Source: Octopus vulgaris (taxonomy: Eukaryota). From it: a stretch of DNA of 64,000 nt. The DNA lies in contig OX597833.1 of NCBI GenBank assembly GCA_951406725.2, forward strand, positions 5,270,001 through 5,334,000. Direction: 5' to 3'. The notes beneath the pieces were generated by a model. That model saw only the letters and a program-made list of their open reading frames with translations. It was not told where the DNA came from and searched no databases. Positions 1-14,464 of this stretch are shown one piece after another. The number at the start of each line of letters is the position of its first letter. Positions within the stretch are counted from its first letter, which is position 1. A program made the position numbers and the translations under genes.

Positions 1-220
1 CGGAAATATTTTTCGGTGTGTTGACTTCTTCGGATATCCGCAGCAGCACAGGTGCGCAATAAGTGCATCATTACATAATTGATATTCAAAGAACGGTAAA
101 ACAGCCATACGTTTTGTGTTTTTCATTTGAGAGGATTTCTTATATGTCCTGAAGTGCTTGTTGAAGTACTTGAGGCCAGGGCAGACTTAGTCGACATCCG
201 TCCTTCCGGAAACAGACGTT

Positions 221-309
<89 letters not shown>

Positions 310-336
310 TACTAATAATAATAATAATAATAATAA
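221..336. repeat. (TAA)n microsatellite; start of a TAA-rich zone (221-3540) hosting several nested insertions
   Basis: Direct tandem TAA/AAT repeat; further TAA/GAT arrays at 901-942, 1345-1431, 2613-2943 and 3093-3540. Confidence 0.95.
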
Positions 337-899
337 CAAATGCCCTGATGCAGTACCAGGCAATGGCTCTCATGGCTTCTGATCTTAACTGATTGGAAGT
401 GTTATCATGTACACTGTTTTGTCTTGGTATAAAAGATGGGCTACAGCAAATATTCTGCTCAATACCACAGATTTGCTTGTCAGTTGTTTGACCGTAACCA
501 GTTGAGCATGTCCCTTAGTGGCTGACGATATGTGCATCTCTGATCACGAGCAGAAGTAGTGGGGGAGCAGCATAGCCATGTGTTGAGAGGGATTCTTTGG
601 GGTTTGAATAATTCACCTCTGGAAACATGGGTGTTTCGTTCAACATCCTTAAACAACCCTTATTCAGGGACCTTTTGAGCGGGATGGGTTACTCGATCTG
701 AAGAAAATTCTAACTGGGCCCCACCTGCAAGGTCATGCACTGTTTATATTGATATGAGGTCACCATGTCGCGCACATATGGTTGTGATGCATGTGCCTGG
801 TGTGCCCTTATCAGACGGGTAGTCATGATGGGTATATTGGGCTTCGTATATTTTACCCCAGTGTCACTTTGATGGCATGCACTGCTCTCTCACTTACCC

Positions 900-900
<1 letters not shown>
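337..900 (+). mobile_element. ~560-bp non-coding retroposon-like element embedded in (TAA)n (non-autonomous element or long LINE 3' UTR)
   Basis: Flanked by (TAA)n on both sides. Its last ~150 bp (GATATGAGxTCACCATGTCGCGCAC...GTGTCACTTTGATGGCATGC) recur at 1432-1580 and 2944-3092 with the same 3' end, as expected for 5'-truncated copies. No recognisable protein. Confidence 0.7.
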
Positions 901-944
<44 letters not shown>

Positions 945-1126
945 CAATACGAAGAGTTCAAAATGAACTCGACAAAGACGGGAAAGCTGTCGAAATATTG
1001 CTCAATCCAATAAAATATCTACTGCAATCGCATTGCATTCTTATTGTCTATTCACCTTTTTCAGGAGTTACGCGCGTCTTTCTAAAATATAAGAATAATA
1101 ATGATAATAATAATAATTATGATAAT

Positions 1127-1339
1127 GGTTTGAAGTTTCGCCACAAGGGCAACCATTTTGGAGCGCAGGACTAGTCGATTACATCGACCCCAGTGTTTCA
1201 CTGGTACTTAATTTATCGACCCCGAAAGAATGAATGGCAAAGTCGACCCCAACGGATTTTGAACTTAAAACGTAGGGTCGGGCGAGATACCGCTAAGCAT
1301 TTCGTCCGGCATGCATACGATTCTGCCAGCTCACCACCT
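1127..1339 (-). mobile_element. tRNA-derived SINE, family B
   Basis: Minus strand reads GGTGAGCTGGCAGAATCG (A-box-like) ... AGTTCAAAATCC (B-box-like) ... GTCGACTTTGCCATTCATTCTTTCGGGGTCGATAAATTAAGTACCAG; many homologous copies in the window. Confidence 0.8.
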
Positions 1340-1351
1340 TAATAAATAATG

Positions 1352-1431
<80 letters not shown>

Positions 1432-1435
<4 letters not shown>

Positions 1436-1580
1436 GATATGAGATCACCATGTCGCGCACATATGGTTGTGATGCATGTGCCTGGTGTACCCTTATCAGA
1501 CGGGTAGTCATGATGGGTATACTGGGCTTCGTATATTTTACCCCAGTGTCACTTTGATGGCATGCTCTGCTCGCTCACAC
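1432..1580 (+). mobile_element. 5'-truncated copy of the 337-900 TAA-associated element
   Basis: High identity to ~748-894; bounded by (TAA)n. Confidence 0.8.
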
Positions 1581-1595
1581 AATAATAATAATAAT

Positions 1596-2390
1596 ACTGC
1601 GGCCTTAGATATTCTGAATAATAAATGGCAAGAAAAACCTCTCTATGGCAAATACCCAAAGAGAGCGAATAATGCAGATATCGACAAAGCCCTGACCCAT
1701 CAATGGCTAATGGCCTCTGGCTTAAAATCTGAAACAGAGGGGTTTATCATAGCAGCTCAAGATCAATGCCTACCAACAAGAAACTACCAGGCCAACATAT
1801 TAAAGATCAGAAGCAGTCCAACGTGTCGTGTATGCAAGCAACAAAATGAAACCATTGACCATGTGGTCTCCAAGTGCAGTCTTCTAGCGCCTACAGAGTA
1901 TCTCAACAGGCACGATAGAGCTGCACAATATATTCACTGGGTAATCTGTAAAAACCTGGATTTGCCCCATGAAAAAAACTGGTGGGAACACAAACCACCC
2001 CCAGTGCTTGAAAATGACCACATCTCACTCCTCTGGAACTTCACCATTCAAACTGACAGGAAGATAGATGCAAATAGGCCAGACATCATATTGAAAAACT
2101 TCAAACAAAGAACATGCCTCCTCATTGATATGACTGTCCCAATCGATATAAACGTATCTGTCAAGACCTACCAAAAACTGAGCAAATATAAAGATCTTGA
2201 AATAGAAATCAGCAAAATGTGGAAGCTGAAGACTAAAACAATACCTGTTGTCATAGGTGCCCTGGGAATGATAGCAAAAGGGGCTGATAGCTACCTAACT
2301 CAGATACCAGGAAACCCAAAAATGGCAGAAGTTCAAAAGATAGTGCTCATGGGAACTGCTCATATCCTACGCAAAATACTCTCTATGTAA
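1596..2390 (+). pseudogene. C-terminal ~264 codons of an R4/Dong ORF (RT domain absent)
   Basis: Uninterrupted frame within ORF 1476..2390; the first 40 codons of that ORF come from the upstream element and an (AAT)n run. Confidence 0.85.
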
Positions 2391-2612
2391 TCTCAAGGTT
2401 TAAAACAAACATAATTTTCGGTTTAAAAAAAAAAAAAAAAAAACAACCTTTTTTTTTCTTTTTAGACATTCATTAGTACAACATCCCCACCCCCCAAATA
2501 TATGGCACACTAGGCATAACAACAACATGAACTTCCAACCCTGTTGTCTCTTGAGGTCTCTGGGTGAGACTTGGAGCCAACTTGTACAAATATAAAGCAA
2601 AAGTCAAACATA
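1596..2612 (+). mobile_element. 5'-truncated R4/Dong-clade non-LTR retrotransposon (CCHC knuckle, restriction-like endonuclease, 3' UTR)
   Basis: Frame open 1596-2390: ETEGFIIAAQDQ, CRVC..ETIDHVVSKC (CCHC), YLNRHD, RPDII..LLIDMTVP..KLSKYKDL (PD-(D/E)xK RLE), PVVIGALG. The 3' UTR ends AAAGTCAAACATA directly into (TAA)n, the known Dong-type target. Confidence 0.92.
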
Positions 2613-2642
2613 GAATAATAATAATAATAATAATAATTATAA

Positions 2643-2712
<70 letters not shown>

Positions 2713-2733
2713 CATAATAATAATAATAATAAT

Positions 2734-2786
<53 letters not shown>

Positions 2787-2830
2787 TGATAATAATAATA
2801 ATAATAATAATAATAAGAAGAAGAATAGTA

Positions 2831-3092
<262 letters not shown>

Positions 3093-3188
3093 AATAATAA
3101 TAATAATAATAATAATAATAATCATAATAATAATAATTATAATAATAATAATAATAATAATAATAATTATAATAATAATAATAATAAT

Positions 3189-3319
<131 letters not shown>

Positions 3320-3366
3320 TGATAATAATAATAATAATAATAATAATAAGAAGAAGAAGAATAGTA

Positions 3367-3463
<97 letters not shown>

Positions 3464-3828
3464 TGATGATGATGATAATAATAATAATAATAATAATAAC
3501 GATAATAATAATAATAATAATAATAATGACAATAATGATAAAAACAAAGGCATGACAAAATCAATAATTGGTTTTTGAAGGAAACAGAGAAGTAAGGTCA
3601 TGACAATGCGGGGGAGGCAAAGGCGAAGAAGAGAATCGGTGGTTCTTGTTTGTTTGTTGTTTATTTATTTCTGCAGCTAATGACGGAATGACCGACTTTT
3701 TCGCAAGTGGCTGCCAGTGTTTGGTATCCGTTTCCAGTGTTGCACACAAAACACGAGCGGCTAATTAGCTTTCGTATTATATTGGCTGTTGCCGTCTCTT
3801 TGACAATTCCGTCTTTACCAAACACATA

Positions 3829-3893
<65 letters not shown>

Positions 3894-4113
3894 ATTCACA
3901 TGCATGCTCGTACGCAGACATGGAAACACTCATAGACACACGCACCACACACGTGCAGACGCATATATACACCTGTACAGACGGAGGCAGATGTATGAAC
4001 GTGTGTGTGTATATATCTATATATACAGAAAGAGTAAGAGAGGGAGAGTAGGGAACAGGGAGAGGGAGAGACAAGGATATATATATATATATATGTATAT
4101 CTATCTATCTATA

Positions 4114-4156
<43 letters not shown>

Positions 4157-4734
4157 ATATCTATCTATATATGTATATATGTATATATATATATGTATGT
4201 GTGTGTGTATGTGTGTGTGTGTATGTATATGTATATATATATAGAGAGAGAGAAAGAGAAAGAAAGAGAGAAGGAACAGAGAGAGAGGCAGGGATATGTA
4301 TATATATCTATATACTTGTATATATATATGTATGTATATATATATATGTATATATATAAATATTTATATATGTATATATGTATATATATGGATGTATATA
4401 TATATATATATAGGTATATATATATATATGTACATATGTGAGTGTGTGAGTGTGTGTGTGTGCGTGTGTGTGTGAGTGTGTGTGTGAATGTGTATGTATA
4501 TATACGAATGCTCGTATAACGGGTTTGTGTAAATGGTGCGCTGAGCATGCCCAGATGGGTGGATTCAAAGACTATTCGTAGACTCGAAATAATATTTGGT
4601 ATTAACTCGGACTGTTTACTTCAAAGCTCCGCCATTAACACGGGTTTCGCTACAACACAGATTGTAAGGAAACACTTTAGGTAAATAAACTCTAGTTTTT
4701 ACTGTGGATATAGATATAGATATATATTTATTTG

Positions 4735-4799
<65 letters not shown>

Positions 4800-4915
4800 A
4801 ACATACACATTGAGAAATCTGAAAAGAACTCTTTTTACAAAGTTGCCGAAACGAGACGTATTAAATATTTTTAGTTACATATGGTTTTGAGCAACCTGAT
4901 ATATATATATGTATG

Positions 4916-5009
<94 letters not shown>

Positions 5010-5566
5010 CATATATATTAATTTCTTATTTAGCTTCATCCTCAAGTGCCTCTTCATCTCACCTCTACTTATATATATGTCGGTATGTATGAGTGTATAT
5101 ATGCGTGTAGATATGTACGTATGTACATATGTATTGTATATATGTTTGTATACATTCATAGATATATATATATATATATATATGAATGTGTGTGTGTGTG
5201 TATAAAGAAAGATTGGAAAAATTTGGTTATATGTATTTCCAATTACATATGTTTCATTACCTAATAGGAGTTACTGAGATATACAAGCTAAAAAAAGCAT
5301 ATTAGACATCGAAAAGTAATTCTTGAAACAGAGAATCAAAATATTCTTCTCGAAACATTTTAATATTTTGTCTGCAGAATTACTAATAGGTCACGTCGCA
5401 TATGTTTTTCTCCATCTGTATATTTTGTTACTTAACTATTCTGCAAAATGTATTTTCCGGGATTTCACAGTATTTTCAACTCTCATATAGGATATAACAT
5501 GTACAAATATACTTTGGAGTAGTTGAATATGCAGATTTGCACCTTGGGGATATAGCTTAGATTATA

Positions 5567-5638
<72 letters not shown>

Positions 5639-6047
5639 CTCTATGGGGAACATGTTAGTGGAAAGAGACCCCTGCAGAAACCAAGGCTGCGATTTAAGGA
5701 CTGTGTCATGTGCTCATTAAAGGCCTATGATATGCAGGAGACTGACTGGAGGAGCAATTCCTGTCATCGCCACAGATGGAGGAAGCAGGTTAAGGAAGGG
5801 GTCGACACCTTTGAAAGAGCACATGTCCTGCATGAAGAATTGAAGGATGCTGCTCAAAAGCGCACCGTTGGTGTAGTGAATGAGGAAAGCATGGTTTGCA
5901 ATGTTTGCAAACCATGTTTGCAGTCAAGAGCTGGGCTCATTAGCCACCAACGGAGCCGCAAATGCAAAATATAAGTTAGTCCTAGAGTGGACAATGTTCC
6001 TGCAGGTCAGCAATGGTCTTCCTCGGTCACGAGTGGACGGCCATCAC
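5639..6047 (+). mobile_element. RTE-clade LINE 3' end inserted in (TG)n
   Basis: Encodes LYGEHVSGKRP..KPRLRFKD..DW..HRHRWRKQV..CNVC..SRAGLISHQR, matching the RTE C-terminus with its C2H2-like finger. Stop at 5974, short 3' UTR ending GGACGGCCATCAC. Confidence 0.8.
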
Positions 6048-6067
6048 ACGTATACATATATGTATGT

Positions 6068-6123
<56 letters not shown>

Positions 6124-6539
6124 CCTCGTATTCAATCATATAAGAATATCAAAACATAATTGTGTAATATGGACTATATTTACGGAGCAAAAGAGAGAGC
6201 GCAAGAAAAAATATTTCTCAATATTTAAATTTGTAACGATGCAATACAAAGGATAAACAGGAGAAATATACGACAGAAATACGAAGTGTCGGGAAATCAA
6301 GAAACCCTACAACAAGGGACCCTTGATTTAACTCGAGGAATTGTTCGGCACGGAAAGCAACAGCAAATCTTTGAACAGTTTCACTCCAAATCAATACGAG
6401 TTTATCAATAAGAAAGTAAAAAAATATTGAAATCAGTATAACAGGACAAGAATTAGAATAATTCTGCCTAGCAGAGTAAAGAGATAATGAATCACAACAG
6501 GCGAGGCTTTTGTAAAATAACGATCGTAGAACTTATTAA

Positions 6540-7030
6540 TCAAGACTAGATAAGGATATGAATGTTATGAGAGGAAACCATGTTTTGTGTATTTATATAG
6601 ATAACTTCATGTTTTTCTCTGTCGATCTAGAAACAACTAGAAACACTCCTGCAGATAATACACGTATTATCTAGAGGAGTTGATATAAGATTTAGAACAA
6701 TTAAATGTGCTAAAGCAACCTTGAAAGGGGGAAAAGGAAGTAAAAACACTAAAATTATGGTAGATATTGAAAAAGTGATAAGAAAGTTGGACAAAAGATA
6801 GATATACAAACTTAGTAATTAATAAGCTTGGCAGAGAACAGCATACAACAATGAAAGGAAATATTATTGACGTATTAAATAAAAGACGATAGCCTTGAAT
6901 TGTACCAGTAATAAATTTAGTAATAATATTCTCATCTGGACGCTAAACAAACTAGTAACTATACAGAAAAAACATGTAACGTAATAACAGTGTTTAGAAC
7001 GCGCCATCCAGAAACTGGCAAACACAGGAA
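6540..7030 (+). pseudogene. Highly degraded R4/Dong-like reverse transcriptase fragment
   Basis: Frameshifted pieces NHVLCIYIDNF (~NHLLYMDDL), KCAKATLKGGK..VIRKLD..YK (~KCAKATLKRGK..YKYLG) and KKTCNVITVFRTRHP (~RKTRKLLT..HHP) occur in the expected order. Confidence 0.5.
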
Positions 7031-7509
7031 AGGATAGTAGAAAGGGGAAATCAATCACATATAAGTGAAATCCTGGTATGAAAAATATTTTGTAATTCGA
7101 TGGATGACATGAGAGATGTACAGGTCGCCAGTAAGAAGACTAGTAATGGTTTTCAATTATATAATGGACATATAAGGCCATTGCTGTTATATAATAGATA
7201 TATGTAAGGCAACCCCCATCTTTTTCTCTATAAGTGACATATAAGGAGATCCAAGCATTTCTGGTCCATATATTTATTATATAATTGTAAGGGCCAGCCA
7301 GTGTTTTCTATTATAATATAAAATAGCCCCGTGCTACTATTATATAATAGCCATATAAGGCTGTCGAACCCTTTCAATATCTTTTACAAGAGTTGACCCT
7401 TATTAGATAGATGTTGGACCTTATTTTCATTTGTTACATATTTATTTTTTTTTTTACCTGTTTCTTTTTTTTTTAGTTTTGTTAGTTTTGTTATGTGTGC
7501 GATTCTCAC

Positions 7510-7860
7510 CTCAACTTTCTTCTCTTCTGCTTCATCTTCATCTGCCTCCTCTTCATCTGCCTCCTCTTCTGCCTCTTCTTCTCTTTCTTCTTCTACTTCA
7601 TCTTCTTCCTCCTGCTCCTGCTCCTCTTCCTCTTGCTCCTCTACCACCACCTCCTCCTCCTCCTCCTCCTCCTCCTCTTCTTGCCATACGATTCTTTCTC
7701 CTTCGTCATCTCCTCCTCCTCGCCCTCCTTCTCTTTCTCTTACTACTTCTCCTGCTCCTCTTCTTCCACCACCACCACCACCACCACCTCCTCCTCCTCC
7801 ATCATCAACAGGGCCTCCGTCTAATTCTTCTTCTCCTTCTCCTTCCCCTCTCCTTCTCTG
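7510..7860. repeat. Pyrimidine-rich trinucleotide low-complexity tract (TCT/TCC/ACC)
   Basis: Direct observation; gives spurious poly-E/S/P ORFs. Confidence 0.85.
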
Positions 7861-8124
7861 TTCGAGGTGGGAGGTGTCAGTGTGCGGAGCGAAACACAGG
7901 TAGCCAGACTGGAAAATAATATAACAGTCTGAGATAGATTCAGGGCATATATTTAGCAGCGTGTATATATATATATATGTGTGTGTGTGTGCGCGAGTTA
8001 CTGTGTGTGCATTGCTGTGTGCGTGCGTGTATGAATATATATATATATACACACATATATATATGTATGTATTTATATATAAATATTAATATGCATACAT
8101 ATATATAACACATGTATATATGTA

Positions 8125-8248
<124 letters not shown>

Positions 8249-8408
8249 ATATATTAATATACATACATATATATATATATATATATAACACACGTATATA
8301 TATATATATATATATATATACAGAGAGAAAGAAAGAGAAGAGGGTGGATGACAGTGAGAATCAAGATTAATCTGTCTTATCTTAATCAAAGAGAAAACAT
8401 ACTATTAC

Positions 8409-8462
<54 letters not shown>

Positions 8463-8617
8463 TGTTTTTGTTGTTGTTGTTGTTGCTGTTTTCGTTATTG
8501 TTATCATATACTGTCAAGATGCACGGAGAGGTGGTGGGAAGAGAGTTTTATCGCTGTCTATAGAAAGAGGCATACAAGGAGATTGCGAACTATTATCATA
8601 CATAGACCGAATAATAT

Positions 8618-8712
<95 letters not shown>

Positions 8713-8935
8713 TGATATGCCTATATATATATACATATATACAAATATATATATATATATACATATATACATATACATATATATATATATATATATAAAG
8801 ATATATATATATATATATATATACATATACATTGTATTCATATTTATATACAGAGGCCTATATAAACATATGCACACGCAAATACACGTTATTTTTATTA
8901 TGTATGTGTGTGTATAAATATATATTATATATATA

Positions 8936-8986
<51 letters not shown>

Positions 8987-9596
8987 TTTAGTATATTATA
9001 TAAATATAATATTTATACACACACACACACACATATATATATGCTTCGAGATATTCAAGATTAAACTTCCTATATAGATGTATTAGAGTTGAGGGCGGTA
9101 TTTCGGAGTGGCTGCGTGACTGCGGGTGGGGCTTGTTATGTTAGAGAACGGGGAAAAAAATAGTTTATAAAGTTTTTTTGGTAAGTACCCAATCCGCCCA
9201 CCTGCCAGTTCTACGTAATGTCACTAAATGACATTAATGCTTCACTTACTGTGCTCACCTTGAAGAATACCTGCTCAAATATAAATAGATCCAAGCAGTT
9301 TTTCCTCCTTCTAAATTTAGGTGGAACTCCGCTCCTCTGAATGCCTAGATTCTTGCGTTATCTTTTCACGGGAATTTATGATGAGTGTCGCCAATTCTAA
9401 TCCTCGATCTTTAGAAATCCCCTTTAGTGTATAGTTATATACCCATCTACGTATGATACGTAGTGTAGATACTATGTTGATAGGCTAATTACTGAAGTAT
9501 TTGTCCTGAGATAACATCTCTTATGGACTTGTGTTAAAAACGCAATAATCAGTGAGAAATGAAAAGATGTCCCAGCAGCGGCCAGCAACAGCACCG

Positions 9597-9972
9597 TGGA
9601 GGCGCAATGGCCCAGTGATTAGGGCAGCGGACTCGCGGTCGGAGGATCGCGGTTTCGATTTCCAGACCGGGCGTTGTGTGTGTTTATTGAGCGAAAACAC
9701 CTAAAGCTCCACGAGGCTCCGGTAGGGGGTGGTGGCGACCCCTGTTGTACTCTTTCGCTCCAACTTTCTCTCACTCTTTCTTCCTGTTTCTTGTCCCCGA
9801 TTTCCTACGCAACCGCTGAGCCTGGATGCGCATTCATCCATCCGTCGATGCTCTCGGTGTCGGGGGTTGACCTGCTTTCTCTCTTCTGCGGGTCTTACGA
9901 ATAGCAAAGGACCACGTTTCGGACTTCTCCCACCCTGGGACGAAGACTACTTCGCTCAACAAACAAACAATC
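9597..9972 (+). mobile_element. tRNA-derived SINE, family A (tail type 1)
   Basis: GGAGGCGCAATGGCCCAGTGATTAGGGCAGCGGACTCGCGGTC..GGTTTCGATTTCC (A/B boxes); body shared with 18845-19120 and 35293-35590; ends in (CAAA)n. Confidence 0.8.
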
Positions 9973-11242
9973 AGGCAACAGCACCAGATCTATTTCGGTC
10001 TTTTGGAGCCTTTTAAATGGAACGCACTCGCAGCCAGCCACATGGTCGAAGGTAAATTCGGCATTTCTGATATAGCAAAAGATGATGAAAACATTCCGCA
10101 GTTTCTAGCCTATCGAAAGAATGTCTGTACATTAACTATGATACAGAAAAAATTCAGTCGTGGAAACGGATTTTTATACCCATTTCATGTTCTTATGTAA
10201 ACTTTGCGGCAAGCCCGGAGCAACAACTTCAAGGCTTTCGCTCGTTTACGACGTCTTCAGGATATACTTTAGCCTTTAATACATATTCGATACACGTCAT
10301 ATGATACACGCATGATCAGTTTACCAAAGTTATGCTGCCGCTTCGTATTACTAAGATTAGCATTCTTTATTTCTTTCCTAAAAACACATATATTTCTATA
10401 TTCTTTTTTAAGGGCCAGTATATGTATGCCTTTAATTCTCTGTGATTAAATCTGGAGGAGCCCTTTTCCGGATCTGACCAGCGTATATTTCTTTTAGAAA
10501 GAAAGTAAAACAAACAGAAAAAGTTTAAGAAGAATCGACCTCAGTACAGGACTGGTACTTAGGTTGAAAGGTAAATTTGATCTCAGCGCGGGATTTGAAC
10601 TCAAATCGTAAATAGAAATAATTTATCCGATGCTTTAACGACTCTGCCAAGTGGCTGCAACGCACGAATATTCTAACAAGAAAATAGTAACCATTAACTC
10701 GTCTCTTGGTTTTCGTATTATTTTGTTTCTGAACAATTTCTGATCTGATTCCCTATTAAAAAGAAATTGTACAGATTTGCATTTTTAGTCAGTGATTCTT
10801 TCACTTCTACAGTGAAGTTTTTGTTTCGCTGGCGAGTTCAGAACAAAGTAGAAACATATCCTAAATTAATTTTTACTCAAACTAGGGATACAGTCAAACA
10901 ATATAAGCAATTGCATCATATTGTTTTTATTTCTTCTTCACACATTTGTTTCGAGTTAGATTTTTGATGTACACTCTACTTGACTTTAAACAGACTGTTG
11001 TTTGGCGGGACGTTGGGGGTAGAAAAATTCGTCAAATCACCACAAAATCATTATTGTGAAAGTATCTTATATTTAAAAGAATTACATCTTGTATACACGT
11101 GCAAATTTACATATTCATATGTGTGTGTGTGTGTTTGTATTTATGTACACACACACTCATATACATGTATATATATACATATATATATATATATGTATGT
11201 ATATATGTACATATATAAATATTTATGTATATACATACAAAC

Positions 11243-11278
<36 letters not shown>

Positions 11279-11349
11279 GATGTACATATATATATGATAT
11301 GTACATATATATATATGATATATATATATGTACAATATATATATATGTA

Positions 11350-11444
<95 letters not shown>

Positions 11445-11480
11445 CATATGACATATATATATGATATGTACATATATATA

Positions 11481-11533
<53 letters not shown>

Positions 11534-11536
<3 letters not shown>

Positions 11537-11757
11537 GAGGGGTTATTGAAACATTCCTGGCTTTAAGGGTATCGCAAAAAGCTTGGCTATAGACCCAATT
11601 TTCTGAGTTTTTTTTACGTGGCTTAGAAAGACTGGAGGACTTCTGCAATAAGTGTGAAAATCTGAGAGAGGAAAATACTTTGAATAAAATCATAAATAAC
11701 TAATTTTAGTGTATCTTTTTTACCCAAAGTCAGGAACTTTTCAGCACCCCCCTCATA
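11534..11757. mobile_element. Mariner-derived MITE (~225 bp)
   Basis: Imperfect TIRs ATGAGGGGTTATTGAAACATTCCTGGCTTT / AAAGTCAGGAACTTTTCAGCACCCCCCTCAT in TA context. Confidence 0.7.
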
Positions 11758-11800
11758 TACATGTGTGTATGTGTGTACATAAATAAATACATTGTGTGTG

Positions 11801-11839
<39 letters not shown>

Positions 11840-11875
11840 TGTATATGTATGTATGTATGTGTGTATCTATCTACT

Positions 11876-11907
<32 letters not shown>

Positions 11908-13025
11908 GATATACAATGTATATGTGTATGTATATATGTTTGTGTGTGTGCGTGTATAAACGTACATCCACTTATATGTATGTAAGTATGTATGTATGTA
12001 GGTATATGTGTGTGTTTATGTATGTATTTTCTCAGTCGTAGTAAAGATTTGAAAAAGCTATGAATTATTCCCTTTAGTCAATAATTCAATTAGTCGAACA
12101 AAAAATCAGATTAAGGTGTTTTCTCAATTTAGAACAAAGTGGGGGAAAAACTCTCAAAGGGGGCATTTTCAAGAGAAAATTTCGGAAAAACATAAAAAAT
12201 TAGGCTTAAAAAAAACAAACGTAATAAAAATAACAAAAAGTAAAACCCGTCAGCAAAATAGCGAACACAACCGAAAAGAATTAGTAAATTATTCTCGAAA
12301 AAACGAAATAGATTTAAATTTCTAAAATTAGTTCACGCTTGAAATATATTAGTATACCAAGGGCTTTCATAGTGCAAGGGAAAAAATATGGCAAGTATTG
12401 TATGAAACACAAACAATCAAATGTTTTATAATTGGGATTAGAATTAGTTTTGATTAAAATGGATTTAATATATAACGTTTTTGGTTTTTCTGTGACATTG
12501 TCGATTAGTCGTACGTGAGCCTTTATGCCAAGGCTCCGTACTCACTAATTCGTTCGCTACAGCTCTTACCAAAATACAAAAGCTCTGAAACAGTATATTT
12601 ATGATCAAAAGATATCGAATATATCAAAAGCTCTAATTTACTCTGCTAATCCTAGAGATTAAATGGGTTTGACGAAGAATAGAGTTAAAGCTCATTTTTA
12701 TTAACATATATATACATTTAGAAACCAGAAAAATTTCCACAAATCTTTGTGAGCATATGTTGTTCAGATATATGTGTAGCGCGTGTGTGTGTAACTGTGT
12801 GTATCTACGACTACATTATACAATGAATCCTGTTTTACAAGAGAGTAAGGTTTTTATTTGTGTGTTATTTGGTTGCTATTCTAAGAATGAGAGATTACGA
12901 CATAGAGACTCATTCGATTTACCAGACAGAAATGTTAGACATCTCGATTGACATTAGTAACGAGTCAACACAATTTCGAAATATCGATTCGTTAAATTCC
13001 AGCAACAGATAAGATAAATTATATA

Positions 13026-13062
<37 letters not shown>

Positions 13063-13166
13063 TTGTGTATACGTACCTATACATAAATGTATATGTATAC
13101 ACAAACATATGCACATACACACATGCATACACATACATGCATATATACGTACATACATACATACAA

Positions 13167-13235
<69 letters not shown>

Positions 13236-13369
13236 CTACAGACACATACGTACATACATATACATATGTACGTATGTATATGTTTAGTGTTGAATTTAGA
13301 ACGTAATAACGGACGAAATGGCGCTAAGCGCATTGTCCGGCCTGTTAACAATTCTGCCTGCTCACATGA

Positions 13370-13452
<83 letters not shown>

Positions 13453-13465
13453 TATAATAATAATA

Positions 13466-13521
<56 letters not shown>

Positions 13522-14417
13522 ATAGATAGGTAGACAGATAGATAAATAAGGAGAAAGAGAGAGAGAGAGTGACAAAAAGACAGAGACAGAGACAGAGAGA
13601 GTTAGATCGATAGACAGGCAATAAGTAGATGGCTAGATAAACCGACCGACCGACAGACAGACAGACAGATAGATAGACAGATATAAAATGCACACACCTA
13701 CAAAAGACATCGGTTATAATTTATTCTAATCTGTTCTGATTTGTTTTCGAAATTAGATTATCGCCAGTCTTGCTTAAAGTCACATCTCCCTTGTAACAGT
13801 CAGCTGATCTCTTCAGAATAAACGCTGCTTGCTCAAATTATTGTCCTACCTTCAACTATTGTCTTCGAGCTGTGTACATCATAATTATATATATTACTTA
13901 CACACACACACACACACAAGCACATACACACATACTCACACATATATGTACAGATATATGTATAAACAGATACTTAAATAGCTATATATACACACACGCA
14001 CAGACATATATATGCGTGTGCGCATATATACACACACACTTATATACATACACACACAAAACACACACACATAAACACACGCACATACAGACACGCAAAC
14101 ACACACACACACATATATATATATACAGAAACATATACATAAATCGGTGCTTAAATACCTATATACATACATGCATAACTATGTATGTATGTATGTATGT
14201 ATGTATGTATGTATGTATGTATGTATCTATGTATGTATGTATGTATCTACGTATCTATCTATCTATCTATCTATATATATATATATATGTATGTATATGC
14301 GTGGGCGCATATACAAACACATACATACACACACACACAAGCACACAAGTGTATACATATAACAATTATATTCTATTAATGGACACATTGCGTCTCGCAG
14401 CATGTACCCCTTTCAAA

Positions 14418-14464
<47 letters not shown>

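Noticed and set aside
943-1090. Hammerhead-like GACGG(gaaag)CTGTC-GAAATATT
   Set aside because: A stem II and GAAA are present, but there is no CUGANGA core or stem I; at best a decayed Penelope-like remnant.
1476-1595. N-terminus of the 304-aa ORF as a genuine gene start
   Set aside because: These codons derive from the truncated TAA-associated element and an (AAT)n run; the same start recurs at 2988, where it leads only into poly-Asn.
7384-8052. 222-aa acidic/Gly-rich ORF
   Set aside because: Low-complexity trinucleotide tract that is open in several frames; no domain or splice support.
9597-9670. tRNA gene (also considered at 22149, 28700 and 35293)
   Set aside because: A/B boxes are present but the acceptor stem is not convincing and the sequence runs into SINE bodies; treated as SINE heads.
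10200-10268. Minus-strand CTGAAGA...GAAAGCC hammerhead candidate
   Set aside because: Cores are present but I could not form stem I and stem II is irregular.
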